Below, in pieces: positions 1 through 8,130 of a stretch of 64,000 nucleotides of DNA. Each line of letters opens with the position of its first letter. Within the stretch, counting starts at the first letter, position 1. The DNA is from Longimicrobiales bacterium. Its GTDB lineage: Bacteria > Gemmatimonadota > Gemmatimonadetes > Longimicrobiales > Gaopeijiaceae. A program made the position numbers and the translations under genes. The notes beneath the pieces are model-generated. The model had not been told where the DNA came from. It made no database searches and saw only the letters and a program-made list of their open reading frames with translations. The stretch is taken from assembly GCA_965116905.1 (NCBI GenBank), contig OZ220732.1:448001-512000 (forward strand). The letters are read 5' to 3'.

Positions 1-457
1 CGCGCTCGTGGAGCTGGTCGTCGATTCGTGGGACCGCGCCCGATCGGCGGATCCCGGGAGTGAAGCGACCGAGTGGGTCGTGACCGTCGACCTGTCGGGT
101 CCGTCCCCCGTCTGGCGCAAGCTGCGCGAACGGGACGAACTGGAGGCCTTGGAACAGGAGTGCGCGGACTGCATCGGCGCGATGTCGGTGCGGATCCGGG
201 CCGGAGGGACGCACGCGGTGGTACGGCTTGCGGACCACGTCGACCGGCAGGACGCGCTGGGCGCCTCGCTCCGCCTGTGCCATCGGGTGGCGGCGGGCGA
301 CGACCGCCTGGGCCTCACGGAGGCCGACCTCGCCGGCTTCGACCGGGAGCGCCACGGGTCTCTCGAGGCGTACCTGCAGCGGGTGCTCGACGGAGCGGAC
401 GCCGAGATCATGGCGAGGATGCTCACCGGCACCGCCGCCGGCGGGGGTGCGCCATGA
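1..457 (+). CDS. C-terminal part of a probable YhaO/SbcD-like DNA repair metallophosphoesterase (cut by the window edge)
   Basis: Open frame from the window edge. Its TGA overlaps the ATG of the YhaN-like ATPase (ATGA, 454-457), the usual yhaO-yhaN arrangement. Catalytic motifs are outside the window, so the call rests on context. Confidence 0.6.
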   Translation, partial: ALVELVVDSWDRARSADPGSEATEWVVTVDLSGPSPVWRKLRERDELEALEQECADCIGAMSVRIRAGGTHAVVRLADHVDRQDALGASLRLCHRVAAGDDRLGLTEADLAGFDRERHGSLEAYLQRVLDGADAEIMARMLTGTAAGGGAP

Positions 458-2949
458 GATTCGAGTCGATCGAGGCCGTACGCTATGGCTGCCTGGCGAA
501 CCTCTCCACCGGCGATGACCCGCTCCCCAACATTGTGGTCGTGCTCGGCCCCAATGAGAGCGGAAAGTCAACTTTATTTGACTTAATGTCAACTTTAGTT
601 TACGGATTTCGCCCTGCCACCCGCGCCAGGCACCCATTTACTCCGTGGGCCGGGGGAGATCCCGAGGGCCGGGCCCGGATCCGTCTCGACCGCGGCGGCG
701 ACGACTCCGTGATCGAGATCCACCGGCGCCTCCGGTCGCAGGCGTGGGGCAGACTGCACACCGGCGAACGGGTGGACGATATCCGCAACCAGCCCCTGCC
801 CGCCGCGAGTCACGTAACCCGGGTGGTGTTCCGGCAGGTGTACGCCCTTACCCTCGCCGAGCTCGCAGGTCTCGAGGGCGAGAGCTGGGACCTGGTGCAG
901 GATCGGCTGGTGGGTGCGATGGCCGCGCCGGATCTGGCCTCCGCACGGGCCGTGGCGGCAGACCTGGAGGACGAGGCGAAACGGCTGTGGCGCCCCGACC
1001 GGCGCGGCCGCCCCCGCGTGCGCGTGCTGGCGGGCGAGCTGACCGCGTTGAACGAACGCAAGCGCGAGGCGCTCTACCGGGACCGATTGGTGCGCGAGAA
1101 GGTGGCGGAGAGGGCCGAAGCCGAGGCCGGGCTTCAGGCGCTGCGCGCGGAGAGATCCCGCGAGCAGGAGCGTCACGGCGCCATCGAGCACCGCCTCAAC
1201 CGGCTGCTGCCCGTGCGGCGGACGCTGACGCGGATCGAGGAACTTCGTGCCGAAGCGGGAGGCGGCGGCCATGTGGAAGCGCTTCCGAACGATCCCGCCG
1301 CGAGGCTGGACGAGCTGCGCGAGGAAGCGCGGGCCGCGAAGGACCGGGTGGCCGTGCTCGAAGGGAGGTTGGGCGAAACGGCCGCCGCCGGGGCGGAAGG
1401 CGAGCGCCTCGACGCGCGTTGCGAGGAGCACGCCGAATCGCTGTTCGCGGAGCCACTCGACGATGTGGGCCGCGAGGCGCTCGCCGCGGTCTCCATGGAG
1501 GCGCTCCGCGATGCCGTGCGGACGTACACGGCCGCGTGCGAGGAGCGCCGCGTCGCGGAGGAGGGTCTCCTGCGCGGCGGGCACGCCGGTCTACCGGGGG
1601 CGCTGAAGCCCGGCAGGGGCCGCCTGGCCGCCGGGGTTCTGCTGATCCTGGCGGGGGTCGCCATCGCAGCCCTGACGACGCCGCAGGTCGGCGTCCAGCT
1701 CCCACTCGGCAATGCCGTCGCGCTCCGCGTAGGCGCCGTCGCCGCGATCGCGGGATTCATCCTCATGATTCTGTGGTGGGATGCGAATCGACGGGCGCGG
1801 CGGTACAGCAAGGCCTCCAGCGCCGAAAAGGGGCGCCTGTCCGGAGAGGTGGCGCAGCTCCGGGAGGCCGAGGAGGCCGCGCGCGCCGACGCCGTGAGCC
1901 CGCTTGCCGGGCTGCCCGTCCGCAACGCCATTCTCGCGGCTCCCGACATGGATCTTCCGGCCCGGATCGAGCGCATGCTGGAGCTGCTGGCCACGCGGGA
2001 CGAGCGCACCGACGCCGCGCGCCGCGACCTGGAGCGAGTGGAGGACGACCTGGCGGCCGCCCGGCGGGACCACGAGGCGGCGGCCGGCAGCCTGCGCGCA
2101 CTCGAGGCGAGGCTGGCGGAACTCGGCGGCGGCGACGCAGAGCGGGGGGCGGCGCTGGCGGGCGCGCGGACGGACGCCGCCCGGAGGGCCGACCAGATGC
2201 AGGCCGAGCTGGAACGGGAGTGGCCCGAACTGGACCGGATCGTGGCCGATATCCGCCAGGCGGACGCCGCCGGCACGGCCTGGGAGTCGCTGGCCGGGTC
2301 CCTGCGTGACGCGTCCGGGCGGCTCGACGCGCTCGCCACAGAGGGCGAGGAGCTGCGCAGCACGATCGCGACGCTCGACACCGAGATCCGCCACTTGCAG
2401 GAGGGTGAGACTCCCGACCGCGTCGAGGGGCGCATCGAGGCGGTCAAGGAGCAGATCCGCGAGGCGAAGGAGGCCCGGGACCGGTCGTTCGTGCTCGCGA
2501 GAATCGTCCGCGAGGCCGATCGCCGCTTCCGGGACGAGCACCAGCCCGACCTCCTGCGCCGGGCCGCGGACCACCTCCGGCACATCACGGCCGGCCGTTA
2601 CGAGCACATCGAGATGGGCGAGACGGGTGACGATTCCTTCCAGCTGACCGGCCCCGCCGCGCCGACGCCCAGGAAGGTGGGCCCGGCGCTCTCCCAGGGT
2701 ACCCGGGAGCAGGTGTACCTGGCGCTGCGGCTGGCGATCATCGATCACCTCGACGCCGGCGAAGAGCGCCTCCCGCTCTTCATGGACGAGACCCTGGTCA
2801 ACTGGGACGCCTGGCGTCGCGACCGCGCCTTCGGACTCCTGGAGCGCATGGCCGAACGGCGCCAGGTGTTCGTCTTCACCTGCCACCCGGCCATGGCCGC
2901 CGAACTGGAAGACCGGGGCGGCCGGATCGTCACGCTGGGAGACCCGTAG
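454..2949 (+). CDS. yhaN: YhaN/SbcE-like SMC/Rad50-type ATPase (AAA_27) with coiled coil and two internal TM helices
   Basis: Walker A GPNESGKST, long coiled coil, hydrophobic hairpin (LAAGVLLILAGVAIAAL...AIAGFILMILWW), signature LSQGTREQVYLALRLA, Walker B LPLFMDE, H-loop FTCH. True start is ATG at 454. Confidence 0.85.
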   Translation: MRFESIEAVRYGCLANLSTGDDPLPNIVVVLGPNESGKSTLFDLMSTLVYGFRPATRARHPFTPWAGGDPEGRARIRLDRGGDDSVIEIHRRLRSQAWGRLHTGERVDDIRNQPLPAASHVTRVVFRQVYALTLAELAGLEGESWDLVQDRLVGAMAAPDLASARAVAADLEDEAKRLWRPDRRGRPRVRVLAGELTALNERKREALYRDRLVREKVAERAEAEAGLQALRAERSREQERHGAIEHRLNRLLPVRRTLTRIEELRAEAGGGGHVEALPNDPAARLDELREEARAAKDRVAVLEGRLGETAAAGAEGERLDARCEEHAESLFAEPLDDVGREALAAVSMEALRDAVRTYTAACEERRVAEEGLLRGGHAGLPGALKPGRGRLAAGVLLILAGVAIAALTTPQVGVQLPLGNAVALRVGAVAAIAGFILMILWWDANRRARRYSKASSAEKGRLSGEVAQLREAEEAARADAVSPLAGLPVRNAILAAPDMDLPARIERMLELLATRDERTDAARRDLERVEDDLAAARRDHEAAAGSLRALEARLAELGGGDAERGAALAGARTDAARRADQMQAELEREWPELDRIVADIRQADAAGTAWESLAGSLRDASGRLDALATEGEELRSTIATLDTEIRHLQEGETPDRVEGRIEAVKEQIREAKEARDRSFVLARIVREADRRFRDEHQPDLLRRAADHLRHITAGRYEHIEMGETGDDSFQLTGPAAPTPRKVGPALSQGTREQVYLALRLAIIDHLDAGEERLPLFMDETLVNWDAWRRDRAFGLLERMAERRQVFVFTCHPAMAAELEDRGGRIVTLGDP
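565..597. promoter_or_regulatory. AT-rich intragenic inverted/direct repeat, putative protein-binding site
   Basis: AAGTCAA-CTTTAT-TTGACTT palindrome, TTGAC-N5-GTCAA, and GTCAACTTTA at 567 and 588. Three TTA codons in a GC-rich gene. Confidence 0.35.
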
Positions 2950-2958
2950 CCCCCCTCG

Positions 2959-3044
2959 GCCGGCGCGGCGCCGGGAGACCGGCGGCCCCACGAAGCCGGC
3001 GCGGCCCCGGAAGACCGGCGGCCCCACCCGGTTGGCGCGGCACC
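2959..3044. repeat. 36-bp tandem repeat (about 2.4 copies), intergenic
   Basis: gccggcgcggcgccgggagaccggcggccccacgaa / gccggcgcggccccggaagaccggcggccccacccg / gttggcgcggcacc. Confidence 0.8.
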
Positions 3045-3066
3045 GCCCGCCGGGGTATGGTGCCGC

Positions 3067-4491
3067 ATGAAATCTCCGATGCGCGTGCTGCTCATCCTCG
3101 GCCTCCTCGAAGTGGCGGCGCTGGCGGCCTTCGGATGGCTGACGGGCGCCGCGCTGCCCCTGCCCCGCCTCCTTTTTCCCGCGGCCGCCCTGCTCTGTTA
3201 CGGCGCGGCCGGGGTCGCCGCGACCAGACGGCCGCTCTCCATCCCCCTCATCTGGGGTATCGGGACGCTTGCCCGGCTGGTCCTTCTGCCCCTGGCGCCG
3301 GAGCTGTCCGACGACATCCACCGCTATCTCTGGGACGGCCATGTGCTCGGCGAGGGCCTCAACCCCTACGGACACGAGCCCGCGCACGAGGCCTACGCGC
3401 CGATCCGCACGCCCTGGCACGACAGGATCAACCACCCCGGGATCCCGACCATCTATCCGCCCCTGGCGCAACTTCTGTTCGGAGCGGTCGGGGCGCTCGG
3501 CGGCACGATCCTGAGCGCCAAGCTGGCGTGGCTGTGCCTCGATCTCGGGTGCGGGTTCCTGCTGTCCCGGATCGCCAGCCGCACGGGCCGCAACCCGGGT
3601 GCCGTCCTGGTGTGGTACCTGTGGTCGCCGCTGCTGATCGTGGAGACGGCCTGGAGCGCGCACTTCGATGCGGCCGGGCTCTTCATCCTGGCGGCGCTCA
3701 TCTGGGTCGCTTCCGGCCGCAGGAATCGCCCGGGCGGGACAAGTCGCGGGCGCCGCGCGAGCCACCGGCGCACGCGCTCCGTCCGGGCCGCCACGCTCGG
3801 GTCGCTGCTCGGCCTGGCCGCGCTGACCAAGCTCGCTCCCGCCGCCGCCCTGCCACCCCTCGTCCGCCGCCACGGCCCCGCCGTGGCCCTCGCCTTCGCC
3901 GCGGTCTGCGCCGTCCTCTACCTGCCCTTCGCCGGCGTCGGCCTCGGGGCCCTGACCCAGGGGCTGCGCACCTATGCCGAGCACTGGACGGCCAACCAGG
4001 GCGCCTTCACGCTCATCGCGCAGCTCTTCCTCGACCCCTTCCACGCCCGCGCCGCGGCCGCCGTTCCCGTGCTGGCGGTCATCGCGTATGCGACGTGGCG
4101 GCGCTTCGCCGTCGAGCGCGCGCTCCTGTGGATCATGGGGGCCGGGCTGCTCTTCACACCCACGTTCCACCCGTGGTATGCACTCTGGGTGCTTCCGATG
4201 GCCGCGCTCCGCGGGAGTGCGCCGTTCCTCCTGCTGAGCGGCCTCGCGTTTCTCGGCTACTGGGGGCTGGCGGCGTACCAGCTGACCGGCGTCTGGCCGG
4301 AGCCCGCGTGGACCCGCGTGGTCATGTGGGTTCCGGTGTGGGCCCTGCTCCTGGCGTCCGCCGCAGGCCTGATCGGCGGTGCCCGGGGCCGTGGCGCCAT
4401 GGGTTCGCGGGACTCACAAATGTCTCTTTTGGCCGGCGTTGAGCCCCAACGCCAGGTATCCCGAGGCGAAGAGCGCGACGAAGGGCAGTGA
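3067..4491 (+). CDS. GT-C fold membrane glycosyltransferase (GT87/DUF2029-like)
   Basis: Polytopic membrane protein with LSDDIHRYLWDG, NHPGIPTIYPPLAQ, WSPLLIVE..HFD and PTFHPWY motifs. Confidence 0.75.
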   Translation: MKSPMRVLLILGLLEVAALAAFGWLTGAALPLPRLLFPAAALLCYGAAGVAATRRPLSIPLIWGIGTLARLVLLPLAPELSDDIHRYLWDGHVLGEGLNPYGHEPAHEAYAPIRTPWHDRINHPGIPTIYPPLAQLLFGAVGALGGTILSAKLAWLCLDLGCGFLLSRIASRTGRNPGAVLVWYLWSPLLIVETAWSAHFDAAGLFILAALIWVASGRRNRPGGTSRGRRASHRRTRSVRAATLGSLLGLAALTKLAPAAALPPLVRRHGPAVALAFAAVCAVLYLPFAGVGLGALTQGLRTYAEHWTANQGAFTLIAQLFLDPFHARAAAAVPVLAVIAYATWRRFAVERALLWIMGAGLLFTPTFHPWYALWVLPMAALRGSAPFLLLSGLAFLGYWGLAAYQLTGVWPEPAWTRVVMWVPVWALLLASAAGLIGGARGRGAMGSRDSQMSLLAGVEPQRQVSRGEERDEGQ

Positions 4492-5931
4492 CGCCCAGTA
4501 CCCCTGTGCGATCGCGACGGTGCCCGACAGGACCATCAGCGACCCCGCGGCGACCGCGAGCGCCTGTCCGCTGAACGCGCCCCGGGACCCCTCGTAGCTG
4601 GAACGGCGCGCGGCTCCAGCCTTCGGCGTCCGCTCGAACGGGTCGCGGAACCGGCCAAGCCCACGCACGACCGCCCGGCTGAGGAGTACGGACATGCCGG
4701 CACCGAGCGTGAGCGTGCCCGCCGCGCCCCTGATCGCGTGTCCCCAGCGTCGGCCGCGCTTCCGTGCCGCGGTCAGGTAGAAGAGCACGAACGGGCCCGT
4801 GGCACTGCCGAACACGGCCAGATCGAGCCACCAGAGACGGTCGGCGCCCAGCGCGCTCCGGGCGATCGCGGAGGGGACGATGAGCAGCGCGAGGACGAAG
4901 GTGAGCGGATGCGCCAGGTGGCCGCTCAGGTGCAGGAGGGCCTCGAGCTTCACGCCGGGGCGGAACCGGCCTCGGAGCAGTCCCGGGAGCACCTTGCGCG
5001 CGGTCTGGACGCCACCCTGGGCCCACCGCCGCTGCTGCACCAGAAGCGACGCCGCGGTGCCGGGAAGCTCGGCCGGGACGCCGATGTCGTCGCGGAGCAC
5101 GAACCGCCACCCCGCCATCTGTGCCCGGTAGCTGATGTCGAGGTCTTCGGTGAGGGTGTCGTGTTGCCAGCCGCCCGCGTCCACCAGCGCCTGCTTGCGC
5201 CACAGCCCCGCCGTGCCGTTGAAGTTGAAGAAGCGGCCGCCGAGGTAGCGTCCCCGCTGCTCGACGAGGAAGTGGCCGTCCAGGAGCAGGGCCTGGGCCC
5301 GGGTCAGCCACGAGTCGCGCTCGTTGATGTGGTCCCAGCGGGCCTGCACCATGCCGACGCCGGGGTCCCGCATCGTGGGAAGCAACGACTCCAGCAGGCA
5401 CGGCGCGGGCACGAAATCGGCGTCCAGGATAAGGATGAAGTCCCCTGTGGCTTCCTCCAGGCCGGCCGCCAGCGCGCCCGCCTTGTACCCCGTCCGCACG
5501 GAACGGTGGATGACGCCGACCTCTACGCCCCGGCGACGCCACTTGCGGGCGCATCGCCTGGCCAGGGCCGTGGTTTCGTCCGTGGAGTCGTCGAGCACCT
5601 GGATCTGCAGAAGCCCGGCCGGATGCCTCAGCCGGCACGCCGCGTCGATCAGGCGCTCCACGACGTGCTTTTCGTTGAAGACGGGCAGCTGCACGGTCAC
5701 CCTGGCCGCCGCCACAGGAGCCGCCGCCGCGGGAGAATACGTATTTTGTGTAAAATACATATTATGTGCGCCGACCCCGTCCACACCGACCCCGTCCACG
5801 CCGACGCCGTCCTCCCCACTCCTTGTCCGCGACTGGAACAGGAGCACCATGCGGTGCGCGGCGAAGGGGAGGAGAAGCGCCAGGACGCCTGCGTACAGTG
5901 ACACCGCGACGACACTGAGCAGATCGATCAT
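4414..5931 (-). CDS. Processive family 2 glycosyltransferase (cellulose/mannan synthase-like)
   Basis: VTVQLPVFNE, VLDDSTD, GYKAGAL, ILDADF, TLTEDLD, QQRRWAQG (D,D,D,QxxRW) and C-terminal TM helices. Confidence 0.9.
   Translation of the reverse strand: MIDLLSVVAVSLYAGVLALLLPFAAHRMVLLFQSRTRSGEDGVGVDGVGVDGVGAHNMYFTQNTYSPAAAAPVAAARVTVQLPVFNEKHVVERLIDAACRLRHPAGLLQIQVLDDSTDETTALARRCARKWRRRGVEVGVIHRSVRTGYKAGALAAGLEEATGDFILILDADFVPAPCLLESLLPTMRDPGVGMVQARWDHINERDSWLTRAQALLLDGHFLVEQRGRYLGGRFFNFNGTAGLWRKQALVDAGGWQHDTLTEDLDISYRAQMAGWRFVLRDDIGVPAELPGTAASLLVQQRRWAQGGVQTARKVLPGLLRGRFRPGVKLEALLHLSGHLAHPLTFVLALLIVPSAIARSALGADRLWWLDLAVFGSATGPFVLFYLTAARKRGRRWGHAIRGAAGTLTLGAGMSVLLSRAVVRGLGRFRDPFERTPKAGAARRSSYEGSRGAFSGQALAVAAGSLMVLSGTVAIAQGYWASLPFVALFASGYLALGLNAGQKRHL
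5736..5815. repeat. AT-rich palindrome plus 15-bp tandem triplication, in frame within the GT2 linker
   Basis: AATACGTATTTT-GTGT-AAAATACATATT (5736-5763, one mismatch) next to three copies of ccgaccccgtccac(a/g) (5771-5815, third copy imperfect), encoding (DGVGV)n-AHNMYFTQNTY. Confidence 0.8.
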
Positions 5932-6128
5932 TCAGGCGGGTCCGTGGGATTCGGTTCGAAGCCCCGGCACTGCAACACCGGGAGCGGAGGGTACTTGCGG
6001 AAGGTATCGTCGTGGCGGTGGCGCCCACAGAGGTAGAAGCGCGAGCCGCGGCCCGAAACGATCCGCCGCATCCAGGCGCACCCGAGGCAGAGGCCGACGC
6101 GGTCCGGGTCAGTCGTCCCCGAGGTCAT
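5928..6128 (-). CDS. Small four-cysteine hypothetical protein (possible Zn or Fe binding)
   Basis: GLCLGC...FYLC...FRKYPPLPVLQCRGF. ATGA overlap with the GT2 start. Confidence 0.65.
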   Translation of the reverse strand: MTSGTTDPDRVGLCLGCAWMRRIVSGRGSRFYLCGRHRHDDTFRKYPPLPVLQCRGFEPNPTDPPE

Positions 6129-6900
6129 CCGATTCCCGGATTCCGATGTAGCCCCGATGCCTGCCGCGGTCGCCGCGCCGATGGGAGAAGTAGCGGCCAT
6201 CGCCGCACAGGGTGCACTCGCCGCTCACCGTGACGTTTGCGGCCCGTACCCCGGCCGCGAGGGTCCGGCGCCGGATCACCGACCTGAGATCGATCGCCGC
6301 GGGAACGTCGGGCGCCGCTTCGCCCAGGGCGCGGAAGACCTCCGGGCCGACCTCGTAGCAGCGCCCGCAAATGGCCGGACCGAGATGGACCAGGAGGTCC
6401 CCGCGGTGGCTCTCGAAGGCCTCCGACAGCGTGTCCAGCCCCGCTTCCACCACGCCCGCCGCGGTGCCCCGCCAGCCTGCATGCAGGAGGGCCACGGTCC
6501 GGCGGGTAGGATCCACGATGAACACCGGCACGCAGTCGGCCAGGGTGACGGTCAGGAGCACCCCGGACGCACCGGTCGCGTGGCCGTCACCCTCGCCGGT
6601 CAAGCACACGCCGCGCGGCAGCCGGCCATGTACCTGGATCAACCGACCATGCACCTGCCGGCTCCTCACGACCGCGCGCCAGTCCGCCGCCAGGGCCAGG
6701 TCGACGCTGTCGGGCGTCTCGCTCGGCGACGAGTGCCCAGCCGTCGCCGCGCGCATGCCGGCGGTGTCGGCGGTGCGCGTCCGCCTGGTCGTCCCGGCGA
6801 GCAACCTCGGGAACCGCCTCTCCCACGGCGCCACCGGGGTCACCGGGATCACCGGGGTCACTCCGAACGATCGCAAGGTCGTGGAGTCGTATCTGTTCAT
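6109..6900 (-). CDS. pgeF: YfiH/PgeF-family protein (purine nucleoside phosphorylase / polyphenol oxidase-like)
   Basis: QVHG, ADCVPV, LHAGWRG, GPAICGRCYEVG, CTLC..YFSHRR. Confidence 0.9.
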   Translation of the reverse strand: MNRYDSTTLRSFGVTPVIPVTPVAPWERRFPRLLAGTTRRTRTADTAGMRAATAGHSSPSETPDSVDLALAADWRAVVRSRQVHGRLIQVHGRLPRGVCLTGEGDGHATGASGVLLTVTLADCVPVFIVDPTRRTVALLHAGWRGTAAGVVEAGLDTLSEAFESHRGDLLVHLGPAICGRCYEVGPEVFRALGEAAPDVPAAIDLRSVIRRRTLAAGVRAANVTVSGECTLCGDGRYFSHRRGDRGRHRGYIGIRESDDLGDD

Positions 6901-7069
6901 GGGCGTTGAACGTTACGAGATTGGCCGGCCGGATTCCAGCCGTTCGGACCGGGCTGTCGGGGCGGGCATTGGCTCGTCTGACGGGTCCCCCAAAAAAGGG
7001 GATGCCGGGTCGCAAGGTCCCCCGGCTATATTTGTCTCTACCGCCAAACCCGATGAGAGGAGGCGAGGA

Positions 7070-8107
7070 ATGACCGCACGGCGCACCCCAACCAGGACGC
7101 CCAGGACGCGAATGCGACTCGCGGTGGCTGCTCTGGCCGTGGTCTGTGCCTGCGGAGACTCGGCAACCGAGCTGCCGCCGGATGGGCCCGATCTCATCGT
7201 CTCCGTACCCGACGTTCCGCCCAGCGTAGCCTACGGACGCTCATTCTCTCTGGAGGTCACGGTGCTCAACCGGGGAACGACGACGGCGGGCAGGACGCAG
7301 GTGTTTTTCCTGCACTCCGCCGATCAGGCCATCACCACTGCAGATGCTGTCGTAGGCTCGGAGTTCACCGACACGCTTGCGGTTGATGGGGAGGACGATG
7401 TCAGGATCAGGGTGGAGCCCCCCCGCGACGAACTCGGGACATTGTACTACGGGGCATGCGTCGATCCGCTGCCCGACGAGATCGATACGGAAAACAACTG
7501 CTCCGTTGCGGCGGGAGTCGAGGTCTTCCTGCCGCCCCCGCTCGGCGAGGTTGTCGACAGAACCCACGAGTCGCTGACGAGCAGGATTGCCAGCGGGGGG
7601 GGCCAGACGAGCTTCCAGGTCTACCGCAGGCGCTCCGAAGCAGGGGATTTCAGTCGTGTTCGGGATCTCTCGGCGTCGGGTGAGGAGACGAGCTACGCCG
7701 ACATGGGTCTGGAACCCAACACGGTGTACTACTACAAGGCGGTCGCCTGCAATGGATCGATCTGCTCGGATGAATCGGACGAGTGGGGCGGCCTTACCGA
7801 GGTCGTCGGGCCGGTTGACATTCCCGCAGTGCCCACAATACGGGGAGAAAAGGTCAACATCGCATTCGGCACCGACAAGGCGCGTGTGCATTGGGACGCC
7901 GTGCCCTGGGCAACGTACTACAGGGTGTACCAGGACAACGACCTGGACGCCGAGGTGTCCGCCCCGGCCCTGAGCTACTACGACAACCATCCGAACACGT
8001 CGCTGGGGGCGTACCAGACCACCACGTACAAGGTGCAGGCGTGCAACAAGGCCGGGTGCTCCGAGTCCTCGGAGACGGTCGTGATCACGGTTCCGCCACC
8101 GGGGTAA
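7070..8107 (+). CDS. Lipoprotein with a CARDB-like Ig domain and two fibronectin type III domains
   Basis: SD (ggaggcgagg) before ATG 7070, lipobox-like VCAC, PDLIV..VLNRG..ACVDP..E.DTENN (CARDB-like), GLEPNTVYYYKAVACN and YKVQACN (FN3). Confidence 0.75.
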   Translation: MTARRTPTRTPRTRMRLAVAALAVVCACGDSATELPPDGPDLIVSVPDVPPSVAYGRSFSLEVTVLNRGTTTAGRTQVFFLHSADQAITTADAVVGSEFTDTLAVDGEDDVRIRVEPPRDELGTLYYGACVDPLPDEIDTENNCSVAAGVEVFLPPPLGEVVDRTHESLTSRIASGGGQTSFQVYRRRSEAGDFSRVRDLSASGEETSYADMGLEPNTVYYYKAVACNGSICSDESDEWGGLTEVVGPVDIPAVPTIRGEKVNIAFGTDKARVHWDAVPWATYYRVYQDNDLDAEVSAPALSYYDNHPNTSLGAYQTTTYKVQACNKAGCSESSETVVITVPPPG

Positions 8108-8130
8108 AAACAACTACCTTAGTGGCAATC

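Noticed and set aside
73..453. N-terminal extension of yhaN (similar extensions at 6371, 7891, 51071, 55461, 57661)
   Set aside because: Arg/Gly/Pro-rich read-through of neighbouring genes. Real starts are marked by ATGA overlaps, SD sequences or domain boundaries.
2959..3044. 36-bp repeats as a CRISPR array
   Set aside because: Units are directly adjacent with no spacers, and there are no cas genes.
1591..4170. Long antisense or alternative-frame ORFs (also 17865-20627, 33756-35984, 57779-59773)
   Set aside because: Expected from stop-codon scarcity at high GC. They have no motifs and overlap well-supported genes.
5745..5772. Canonical chromosomal dif site
   Set aside because: The XerD arm, usually the best conserved, matches poorly and the site is intragenic. 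Kept only as a dif-like observation.
6901..7069. Riboswitch or ncRNA in the pgeF/lipoprotein spacer
   Set aside because: Only short GC hairpins, with no recognisable aptamer consensus. An Rfam/Infernal search would be needed.
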